From: Phoronis australis
Lineage: Eukaryota; Animalia; Phoronida
NCBI GenBank assembly: GCA_002633005.1
Contig: NMRA01000324.1
Span: 195,230 to 239,901, forward strand
Length of the DNA: 44,672 nt
Direction: 5' to 3'
Shown one piece after another: positions 10,133-21,586 of the stretch (positions are counted from its first letter, which is position 1; each line of letters begins with the position of its first letter). The translations under genes were made by a program, and so were the position numbers. Under the pieces are notes generated by a model. The model ran no database searches and had not been told where the DNA came from. It was given only the letters and a program-made list of their open reading frames with translations.

Positions 10133-10527
10133 CAGGGATTTATCGTAGATAAGCCCACCTGATCAAACACCCCTGGGTGTTTATTCGGAAAATTATGCCA
10201 AATACACGCCCATGGGCGTTTATTAGGTGTTACGACTTTTGGTGTTAAGTGTCCATACAGTGGGACGTTTATTTGGAAATTTTCCTCCTAAAAGATCACT
10301 CAGCGTCAACTTTTATAATTTATAAAAATGAACGAGGCGTTGGCGAATAATGCATTTGTTAACAAAAAAATAAAAACGCAGTGTCAAGTCAAGAAAAATT
10401 ATGGCATTCCAATTACACGCCTTCTTTTCACAATAAACGCCCAGCTGTTTATTTGGTGTTGCTACAACGCCTGAAAATTTTTATTTTCTGATTACACGCC
10501 CATGGGCTTATCTACGGAAAAGCCCGG
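10133..10527. mobile_element. Tc1/mariner(pogo)-type MITE with TA target duplication
   Basis: TA|CAGGGATTTATCGTAGATAAGCCCA ... TGGGCTTATCTACGGAAAAGCCCGG|TA; internal palindromes such as AAACACCCCTGGGTGTTT and ACGCCCATGGGCGT. Confidence 0.8.
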
Positions 10528-10529
10528 TA

Positions 10530-12158
10530 CAACTCACAGAAGTCCTCAGTTTCTGACCGTACTTAATACTCTATAAATATGTACCACAAGGTATGACACT
10601 CATGAATAAAAAATTCACGGGTGCTTCACTATTTCACTACAGCCGTCAATAACAAACGCAAAAGTCACTAAATTTGCACAAAACAGGGGTTGAGCAAACC
10701 ATAAGCAATTGTTCTTTCTTCTGATAGCATTTACAGTGTCCTGCTCTGGACAGCCAGTGCGCACAAAATCACGGTCGAACAGAAAATTCTGTCCAAAAAC
10801 CAGATACGTACTGTCCATGAGTCCCACGCGAGTCGATACGGAATTATCTGATAACGTACGGATGGACGGCAATTGCCGATTTATCACGGATGGTTTCAGA
10901 GTGGTCTGGAAAAGTGTGGAGTTATTAATGTCGTAACCTTCCGCAACGAATCCGTACTTTCCATGCAATACATCAAAGGTTAGCATCGGCTTTTGGAAAC
11001 ATTTTTCTGCTTTGATTGCGAATTTGTTGCGAACTCGCTGGGGCAGGAAACCGTAAATGCTAAGCAATTGCATCGCCCTGGATGCTGCAGGCATGCAGGG
11101 GCGATAGTACGTCCCCACAAAAAGTTACAAAGTTCAAAATACAGCAAATAAAATCAAATGAAGTATGCACATATGCAAATGGAGTTATAATTGACACACA
11201 CCCTAAGTCAGGAGAGGATTCAGTCAAGAGCGACGAAAATCTGTCGCGATTTGCCTACACGTAGCCCTTCGGTTGGCCGGTTACAGCCCACAATACTTCC
11301 CATCGCTTTCTGTACGAATTTTGTCTTGTGTATTTTAAAAACGAACGATAGGCCAAGTCCGGTAACCAATTAAGAGGTTTCACCTGGTCAAAAATACATT
11401 CCATACTTAAAACTATGGCTTAAAAAAGCGTTTACTTTCTTCAATGGTTCTTTCTACTTATACACATCTTCGCTTAGATACGGACATTAAGGTGACTTTG
11501 GCGAAGAATACCAACTCCCCTTTTTTCACCACGCGCGCTATAACCACAACGTATTTCAAAAGTCACGTGAGAAAGGCAAAGGCTAGCGCGACACCGAGAG
11601 AAGCGCTTGAGGCTGGAGCGTGACACTGGCACAATAGCATGGGAAGGTAAGATCTGTGTCCCTTGGACTTTTTATTCGTCAACCTTCGTGATTTCACGTA
11701 ACTTCCTCAAAATGGCGCCCGGTAAGAGAAACTCGAGCAAATCGAGACAGATTTTCATCGATTTGTTCAAATCATCTTGGCTGAATCGTCTCCAGACTTA
11801 TGATGCAGTATGTGTTAATTATAAGCCCATGTGCATATATGCATGTTTCATTTGATTTAAATGCTGTATTTTGAAAGTCGTAACTTTTTGGAAGGATGTA
11901 CTATCGCCCCTGTATGCCTGCGTCATCCAGGGCAATGTACAGTAATTGCCTAAGCTACGTGTTGCCTACGTAACAGCTTTCAGAAGAAAAAAACATTTAC
12001 TCGTGGTTTGCCGGACCCGTTTTGCGTACAGTTATTGAGTTTTGGGTTTGATACGGTAGGCTGAAGTGAAGCACCCGTGGAATTCCTAATATCTAGTGTC
12101 ATACCTTATTGAATTCGGAGACGATCAGAAGCTGAGAACGTCTTTGGGATAATTTGTA
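10530..12158. mobile_element. Non-autonomous DNA transposon with very long imperfect inverted arms (foldback-like)
   Basis: Left arm ~10530-11256 is the reverse complement of right arm ~11737-12158 in several blocks, e.g. GCAGGCATGCAGGGGCGATAGTAC / GTACTATCGCCCCTGTATGCCTGC and AAGGTATGACACT / AGTGTCATACCTT. TA at both ends. Boundaries approximate. Confidence 0.75.
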
Positions 12159-12932
12159 TACTCTTACAAACATTACCACGGCATTCAAAGTAAAGAAATA
12201 TGAAAATCACCAGAAATCTGAAGTTCTCTGTCAAACTTCTTCACTATTGTGTCTGTTTCAGACTATAGAAAACCTCTAAACAGCTCAAGTGTTAACGGAA
12301 ATTTCAAAATGGCGGTTAACAATGAGAGTCATTTGGTGGAAAATTTTCTTTAAAATATAAAATTACACTGTACACTAATACATATGGTGTCAATTAAGTT
12401 TTTTATGAAAATTAAGAGTTAAATTAGTGGGCAAGCCTTTAACTGCCCTCATGTGTTGAGGTCTGTGCTCACTGCTCAAACATTATGGCGCCAGCATCGT
12501 TTTTGCACTAGCGGGCCGTTAGGGAAGGGTTCACTAGGTTAGTGTTGTTGGACCGTATTGGACCATTAGTAGCCCAGAAACGTAAACCGGTATGCGGTAC
12601 ACGCGCTAACAAGCAACAAATATTCAGTTCTGGGTCAATACGGTGATGTTTACTGGATATGTCATTATTGAAATTATACGACATTAAATAGTGACTGAAC
12701 GACTGACCGAGGAACAAAAGTAAAACGCAATTAAAATAATTTTGTCAATGTTGAAACCGAAGATTTGAGTCTTATCGACCTTTTCTCATCTTTAAACTCT
12801 ACCTGCTCCAAGAAAAGCAAAACTGAATGGATACCACTAACGTTAGGTATTTTTCCGTCGGCTATCCCTAAGCAAATTAATTCCTCCGGTATTAGCATAT
12901 GGGCTTGAGGTCTCCAACCTAAATTGTGAGCA

Positions 12933-13088
12933 CAGTGACGGATTTAGACGGGGGGGGGGGCAAGGGGGCTATGCCCCCTAAAACTCTCCCTCATTCCATT
13001 TGGCAGTTTGGGGTTTCGAATGTCTGTCGGCAAAATCCTGTCTAATACTGTGCTCTGGCTCCCAAATAAAATCCTGGATCCGCCATTG
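12933..13088. mobile_element. Small MITE with CAGTG(G)CGGAT..AG-type TIRs
   Basis: CAGTGACGGATTTAG ... CTGGATCCGCCATTG with an internal GGGGGC-TAT-GCCCCC hairpin; no clear TSD. Confidence 0.7.
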
Positions 13089-13915
13089 GAGTCTGCTGGA
13101 AAACTAACCAATCATACCATTTAAAAAGATCACCCGATGTGTTACTTGTTTTTAATCAATTTTCGAGTGAACTTGTTGATTTGGGTCTCTGAATCAAGGT
13201 ATTGCTATATCAACAGACTAAGACATCTATATGCAGCAACAGCGTACCTACCCAGAGGGTTTGTTTACCAACTACAGTGTACCCATTTGTGACGCCATTT
13301 TACCACATTTTGCACTTCCACGTATTGTATTCTATAATATTTCTGAAAAAGCTTCCTAAATGTAAAGAAACATTTTTCGCTCGGTTTTCGAATGGGTCAG
13401 GGAGAAATCTGTCCAAGAAACTAAAATTTTACAACTGATGTGAGACTTTACTAACTGGTCTCGCATTTGTACCCACAATCGACACTTCACAACTTTTCAG
13501 TACAATTTAACCTACAAATCTGCTTCGAAGTTTTCAAAATTGGAAACTTGCCAATCGCGTGCTTCCCCTGATAGTCAAATCGTGATTAGCTGAGTATTGG
13601 TTACTTTTAGAACAGGATTGTGCGTACGCGCGATTGAGTTATCAATGAAACAAGCGCTCAGTGCAAACTGTTTGCATTTGAGACACAAAGGGAATTAACT
13701 TTGACGGGTAATACCGATAAATACTTGTTTATTCAACCAAAATTGTGAAGGTGTCGATCGTTGGTACAACGATGCTAGATTTTCGATGACAACCTCCATT
13801 TTATTACAGACCAAGCAGATATCGTAGCCTTTTGCTCCCACCGAGCTTGCTCTTGCTCTATTTTGGTTTACTGATTAAGGGAGAACTAACAAAGTTGACA
13901 TGCAGTCATCGTTAC

Positions 13916-15790
13916 CTGAATTCTTGCTTGACGTATTGGCTGCAACTCATCTCATCACTTGCGTCTTTACAATCGTCTACACCATCACACAATGCCACCT
14001 CTGAGATGCACGTGCCATCACTGCAAGTCCACTGTGATTTTGAGCAACTTCTAGTCGAAGCGTCTGGACTGATTTGACAGAAAACACTTAACAGCACCGG
14101 AAATTGATTTGAGAAATCTGCGTCGCAGTCAACATCAACAATTTTCCAAACAAAGTCTGGATTTTCAAATGCATTACTTTCAAATTCGGGGGAATACAGT
14201 TGTCTACATGTTGATGTTTTCAAGATCCAAACTGGGCCATATTCCGGGCGGAATCTAAAAGCTGGCATTAATATGTTTGCAGTCATTGCATTCGGCGACG
14301 CGATCACACCTCCGATGTTTGAGCATACGGTGGTGGCTTTAGAATATGGGAAAGCATATCCTCGAAGCCCTAGAGTAGTTTCTAATCGGAAACAAGTGTC
14401 ATTAAAATAGGTCCACGACTGGGGGCATTTCTTAATGGTACCACGAAAACCACGTGTCCTTAGTCTTGGTGGAGAGGTTTCTGGATGCGTCATTGGTTTG
14501 CTTGTTTCACAGACTATGCCGACGGAATAGAGCGGGTAGTTGCAGGGGACTAAAAACCAACTGCCACCAATGTAAGGGTTCTGTACAACCATTACAGTAC
14601 ACTTGCTTCCTGGATCATTTAAGGGTTGGTAATTTTGATCGGAAATAAATGACACCGTAAGCGTGCCCGGATAGAACTTCGATCCAGTGTACGGAGCGGC
14701 ATCATCTCCTGGAGTGTACCATTTAGAATAAATGAGTGGATTACCGTCGTTCCATTGATTACCAGTCTCGGCGTAAACGTTTAATCCTAGGAACAACGCG
14801 ACGTACTTTGAGATGGAATACAGCTTTCGTTTCCATTTTGTTTTCAGCATCGATAATATGAACTCATATTCCTCTTTCGTGTTAATGGCCAATAAATGTC
14901 CGCCATCACCAATGCATTTCTCCGAAGCACGCTGCCATGTATTATGAAATATAAACGGTCTCTCGTTTACATGGAGTCTGTAACACTTTTCACTGAAATA
15001 AACTTCATCTGACGAAGAACAATTCAGATTGCTGACATCGGGCACCTTATCGTGTTTTAGAACACGGTAGTCAATTATCAGCGGTGGAAGAATACGTCCT
15101 TCGTTGGGTTGATATCTTATTTCTATCTGGTCTGCCGCGACAGTCAACATTCTGAATGGATCTTTGGTGTATTTGGAACACAACGGTGTGTAAAAATCTG
15201 TTACTGTATTGCTATCTGGGCGATAACTAAACATGTGGCTATTGCAAGCACTCCGCGAGATTACCTCATTGATTTTTATAGTTTTTGACAATATAAAATA
15301 GGCGGAAATATTCAATTCGAACGTAGATGGACTATCAGATTCACTGAGACATGCCTGCGTACTAATACCATAGGTTAATTTCCAGTAGACATAGTCAGTG
15401 CTATCTGCCTGATGTAAAGATCCACAAGCCGACACTAGCTCAGAGACATTATTCCTAGTCATCCTGTATGGCTGGTATATATCACAACTTAGTTTCATAG
15501 ATACGTCAGACTGGACTATATCAAACACAGACAGAATATTTAGATTCGACCACTCAAACGCCGAATGAATACGCATAAGGCGCAGGTGATCTCCCGAGAA
15601 GTTTAAGACTAGTTCCCTTGATATGAGCTGGGTTTTGTCTTTGAAGCATTCTGGCATTTTGTTGACAAACGAAATATAGTGAAGACAACCTCGACTGTTA
15701 TACATTCTCACTGTGTCTGTGAATCGTTTGTAAACGTTAATGCCAGAAATATCTGGACTAATCCGTACGTTAACGTCCAATAACTCATAT
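13916..15790 (-). CDS. Paralogous receptor ectodomain exon, 5'-truncated at an N (unknown region, 2 C-type lectin domains, LDLa)
   Basis: Open frame collinear with the C-terminal half of the 1200-aa ORF. Homology starts exactly at the N at 15791 and ends at TTCAG|GTAAC (donor at 13915). Confidence 0.8.
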
Positions 15791-17987
15791 NAAGTTTGGT
15801 TATTCCTCAAATTGAAAATGGACAAGAAAATATTCAAAATCCAATAAAATTAGACCTCCGTAAGGTGCGATACACCAAATGGTATTTTAAAAGGTTGCAT
15901 TAAGTTCCAAGAAACTCAACTCTTACTGTTTCGAATATAATAAAAATTTAGGTTATTTAAAACAATATTTAGTGACCTCAACTTTATTTGAGTTTAAATA
16001 CAATCTAGGTTATGTCAACAAGTGAAACTATACGTTTTCTCAAATTAGAAAGATCATGGATTTTGAAAATGCGTTTGTTATCAGTTTGTCATTACCATGT
16101 TCACAACTACATTTTTTAATGTAAACTTTTAAAGACTTTTGTGTAAGATTATTTTGGTTATTTGCTTAGTTTGAATGAGTTTTAAACTAAATCACTTTGG
16201 AAAAAGAAATTATGCAGGTGAAAAACAGTATTCTTAAAAGTAGTTGTCAAATAATAAAAGTATACGACATACTGAGAAACCATAACGAAGTTTTGAAATC
16301 GATAGATGGAAAGTTTAATTAAAGTTGCTAGGGACATTTCCGAGAATTCGTATTCCTAAGTTCAAACAAACTTGTTCGATGGGAGCCGAATAACATCGAC
16401 AAACGCTACGACCCTTGTAGGCATCTGTGTGCAAAGACAAAAACGTCCAAACAAGCAAGTTTATTGTGCCAATTTACTAATTACAACTTGACATCAGTTT
16501 CTGGTACTTCAAACATTGCCACACACAGTTTCAAAAGTTTCTCACACAATTGGATGTCAAATTAAACCTCCCCAGAGTCAAACGATGATAATTTTCAAAT
16601 TTCCTCACGTTTGTATGCTAATGTAATACAAAACTAAAAATTGGTTTTAAGTATACACACTGTTTTCGCAGAGAAAATTTGCCAGAGGGGTCAATAAATT
16701 TAGATAAAACAAGAATATGAAAATTAGAAGCCGTGTGCCACATTTTATTATTCATGATTAAAATTACATTTTTGTTTTTGATATTTAATTATTGTATTTA
16801 TGCGCTATTTAAAAGGGGTTTGGAAACAGAATATCCATGTTAACATGTTGCGAAAACTTTAAAGTGATGACGTTTTTGGTTGTCACACGAACGATTCAAT
16901 GAGACAAGTACCGCAACAATCCTTTGCTAAATGTATGACTACATAACGATCATTTTGTCACCACATTTGTCCACGCTATTGCCTGCATAGATAAACTGTA
17001 ATAAAGTACATATGGAACTACACGTTAGAAGCCAGTTTCACTTCTCCTAAGAACTTTGAGAAAAGTAATTGCCATTTGACATAATGTAGAGGTATTAGCA
17101 ACAAAATGTATCGTAACCACCTTTATTAAAGAATGTTTCTTTTAAAAAATATTTTGCTGTAACGTATTACGAGAGTTTGTGATTAAGTTTAGACCTAGAA
17201 AGTCAAGTTTCAACAACGTCATTTTAATGCACTGCACACCAAGTGTAATGTTTATTGATACTCTTCGCTTCATTTAGTTCAACAGACAACATTTCACACA
17301 ACCTCACCGATTGTATAAACAATACAAACCGATCTGCGCACAGTAGCAGCTTTCCTTGAGCCTGCACTTGATTGATTTTGTCGATTCCGTCGCGTCAACC
17401 GACTAAAGACTCCGGCTTACAGTCAGATGTCCCTATTTATGTTCAACGAACTCCGGGCTCAGTTTTTAGTTACATTATTAGAAAATGTAATTAATTGAAA
17501 ATGAGCTTATAATTATGATGAAATTATAGAAAAAAAACATTGCATCTGTGAGTCCATATAGACAAAAATTTTCAAAATTGGACACTTACCAATCGTCTGC
17601 TACTTCTGAACTTCAAATTGGCATTAGCTGCGTATAAAAAATCGGTAACTAACCGAACATGAGCTGTGTATTGGCTACGTTCAGAAGAACAAAATTTTGC
17701 GCATGCACAATTCAGTTTTTAATGTGGCATGCGCGCAGTGCAGGACATTTGCATCTAAGGCATGAACGGAGTTCACTGTAAAGGGCAATACCGTTAAATA
17801 TTGTAAGCATGTCTGTCGTGGGTAAAATAATTATAGATTCTCGATGACTACATAGTTCAATGTACTGCAGACTAAACATATATCTTAGCGGGTTTCCCTG
17901 ACGGAGCTTGAACATTTTTAGCCCTGTTAAAGTCTTAGTTTAACGACTACGCAAGAACCAGCGAAGTTGTCATGAAATGATTATTAC

Positions 17988-20900
17988 CTGAATTCCTGGC
18001 TGACGTATTGACTGCATCTTGTCTCATCACTTGCGTCTTTACAGTGGTCTACACCATCACACAATGCCACTTCTGAGATACACGTGCCATCGCTGCAAGT
18101 CCATTGAGAGATTGAGCAGCTTCTAGTCGAGTCGCCTGAACTGATTTGACACAAAACACTTAACGGCACCGGAGAGTGATTTGAAAGATCTGCGTCGCAG
18201 CCAACATCGACATTTTTCCAAACAAACACCGGATTTTCAAATACATTGCTCTCCATTATGGGGGATTCCAGTAGTCTACATGTCGATGTTTTTAAGATCC
18301 AAACTGGGCCATATTCGGGGCGGAATCTAAACAATGACAATGATATGTTTGCAGTCATTGTATTCGGCGAGGAGACTACGCCTCCGATGTTTGAGCACAT
18401 GGTGGTGGCTATAGAGTATGGTAAACCAAATCTTCGATGCCTCGTACTAGTTTCAAGTCGGAAACAAACGCCATTGAAATAAGTCCACGACTCGGGGCAT
18501 TTCTTATTGGTGCCATGAAAACCCCATGTTTTTAATGTCGTTGAAAATGTTTCTGGATGCTGCATTGGCTTGCTTGTTTCACAGACTACACTGACGGAAA
18601 TACCCGGATGGCTGCAAGGCACGGAAAACCAGCTTCCACCAACATAAGGATTCTGTACGATCATTACAACACACTTGCTTCCTGGATCATTTAAGGGTTG
18701 GTAATGTTGTTTAGAAGTTAAGGAAACCAAATCATTATATGGACGGAACTTCTTTCTTGTGTAGGGAGCGGCGTTATCCCCGGGAGTGTACCATTTAGAA
18801 TACACAATTGGATTACCATCGTTCCATCGTTTATAGTTCTCTGCGTTAACGTTTAATCCTAGGAATAATGCAACGTAATGTGATTGTGAATATATTTTTC
18901 TTTTCCATTTTGTTTTCAACATCAACATTATGAATTCGTATTCCTCTTTTGTGTTAATGGCAAGTACATTTCTACCCCTGCCGATGCATTTCTCTGAAGC
19001 ACTCTGCCGTATATGAGAAGAATGCATTCTTAGACCTATATGCAGTGTGTAACACTTTTCACTGAAATACACTTCATCTGGCGAAGAACATTGTGGATTG
19101 CTGCCATCTGGCACTTTATCAGGCTTTAGAAGTCTGAAGTCAATTATCAGTGGAGGGTGAAATGTGTATCGGGTTTCATATAGTATCATTATCTGGTCAG
19201 CCGCGACAGTCAACATTTGGAACGGATCTTTGTTGTATTTAGAACATAGCGGTTTATAAACATCTGTGACTGTCGACCTATCCATGTAACTGTAATACAA
19301 GTACGAGTCACTGCTGCACGCCTCCATTATAATTTTTTCAGTGATTTCTATAGTTTCTGACAATTTACAATAGGCGGTAATATTCAATTCGAACTTATAC
19401 GGTCTATCAAATTCCCTGAAACACGTCTGCGCAGTTATGCCGTAGGTTAATATCCAGAAAACATTGCTAGTACTCTCGGGCTGGTGTAAAGATCCGCAAG
19501 CCGACACTAAATTAAAGTCATACGTTTTAGTCGTTCTGTATGGCTGGTATATATCGCAACTACGTTTCATAGATAAGTCGGACTCGAGTATGTCAAACAC
19601 AAACAGAAAATTTAGCTTCGACCACCCACGCCGTGAATGAATGCGCATAAGGCGTAAGTGATCCCCCGAAAAGTTTAAGACTAGTTCTTTTGACATGTAA
19701 TGGGTTTCAACCTGTAAGCATTCTGGTAGTTTGTTGACAAACGAAATGTAGTGAAAGCAATCTTGATTTTTCAACATTGTCATTGTGTCTGTGAATCGTT
19801 TGTAAACGTTAATGCCAGAAATATTTGGACTAATCCGTAGGTTAACGTCCACTAACTCATATCCCCTTGCGAATATATTTTGTTGCACAGCCAGGCAGCT
19901 TGCTATGGGTAACTGTATGTTAACAATGTTGTTTCGGACCATAATTCCACGGCACTCGAATTCTTCGATGTAAGCAAGAAATTTTGAATTTTTGTATCCG
20001 AGTACCAATGAGTAGTATACAATGGTTAGGTACGGTGAAGAACTTACAAAAGACGATATGATATGACCCGCTGTAAAATTTGAATTGTTTGCTGAAAAAT
20101 TTCCACATATCGGCCCAACAGCGTCAGAAGTCATGTTTACCCCATCGTATAAGACCAATCCTTGATACCCACAGTTCTCGTGCGCTATCAAATGAATTTT
20201 GGAAAAGAGAAGCTTTAAAAAGAATTTTTTTCGCCTAGTTTCAAAACGCCAGACACAATGTGTTGGCCCAAATCCGTCCCTATCAGAAAAAAATGAAAGC
20301 TTTAACGGAATACGACTTACTGTGTTTACGTCTTTGATTTTTGCAAAATAATGACATGTCGAGTGGTTTTGATTCCTTTTACCCTCGTATGAAATGACTA
20401 TCGATAAATCATTTGTTACAGTACGTGTGTCTAGCTTAACTTCTAATAACCCATGGAATATTTTTGCATTGATAGAGTGATTCGGATTGGTTACGTTTAC
20501 CAATAAAATTTGAGTACTTTGCATGGAAGACAAAGCTCTCGGTCCTTCATAAAATGACAAGTGAAACTCTAGCATTGGTCTTACATTTCTCACAGAGACA
20601 AAACTCTGAAGAACAAGATTATATGGAACAGCAATATACCACAAATACAAATAAAGCATCCGGGTGTGCTTTGCAAAAGAAAACGGCGGATCTTTATAAA
20701 GTATTTCTCTCTTATTTGGTTTAGATGATGTGCTATCGAAATTCACCAATCCAACACCTTTTTCAAGTACTACAAAATGCCACAATTTGTAAGTGGCGTT
20801 GAATTGCCAGCCAACTTGTCTCAATGTAATAGTTATCAAAAGCGCCCTACGCGAGGATGATACATTCCACGGATCTTTTTCACCACACGCCTTTTCGATT

Positions 20901-21586
20901 AGATAAAAAGTCTGATTTCTTGCCTCATATATCTTCATGTTTTCTGTTGAGCATCCGGGAGTATTGGTTGATGTAACAAATTGCGAAATGAGGACTTCTA
21001 TAGTGTGGTCAGGAAGTCCACTGATGTTCCAACTACACTTCAATGGGAATGTCACTGTTGTTTTGACACTTGGTTGAAAAATTCCGATATTTCCAACTGC
21101 TTCAGACACCGTGTGGTAGCAAAGATGCGACGTTTCCTCCAGCAACAGGGACGTGTCAACGACCAGAAAAAGGCGGACGCGAACCGAAGGGTACTTCCGA
21201 TATAGTAAAATTGACATGTTATTGTTTGTTGTAAAAACATCTTTGATTGATGGCCTCGTACATAACAAATGTCTGCTACCGTTTGTAAGCAGTTGTACAT
21301 TAGCCACATTGCAGCTAGCATTGTTTTCAAAATGAAATTCAACAACCATTAAAGTGGCAGTAAAGCCTTTAGGAACTTCAACAAACCATCTGGTTTCGTT
21401 TTCTTGTGCTCTATTTGTATTCGTATATCCAAAGGATATTTCCTTTCTTGTAGCTGAACTGTGTTGACAGCACACAAAAAATAATGCAAATGTCCATCCC
21501 CCGAACATGTGCAGCATCATATGGCTTTGTTGTTTTCTCCAAAATATTGTTCTAACAAGACGTAAGACATGACCCACGAATAACAT
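17988..21586 (-). CDS. Giant first coding exon of a secretory-pathway receptor: signal peptide, 3 CUB-like, 2 C-type lectin, LDLa (GRL101/LGR-like architecture suspected); gene continues via a splice donor
   Basis: 1200-codon open frame. Signal peptide MMLHMFGGWTFALFFVCCQHSSA (ATG 21520 likely). CUB motifs CSWNI..ACG and CVWRF..YDG..GPICG; CTLD motifs KCY..LAINTKEE..LFLGL..WNDG..W..C..VCE and CPESWTYFNGVCF; LDLa CSDGTCISEVALCDGVDHCKDASDE. The apparent stop is the TAA within AG|GTAAT. Confidence 0.88.

Noticed and set aside
10615-11118. 167-aa minus-strand ORF as a transposase
   Set aside because: No DDE or DNA-binding motif; it lies in an inverted-repeat arm.
15791-15837. N-terminal 16 codons of the 641-aa ORF
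   Set aside because: They lie at and beyond the N, with no homology to the paralogue.
17984-17987. TAA as the true stop of the 1200-aa protein (likewise 13912-13914)
   Set aside because: It falls within AG|GTAA conserved in both copies, and EFR is the opening of another LDLa repeat; a splice donor is more likely.
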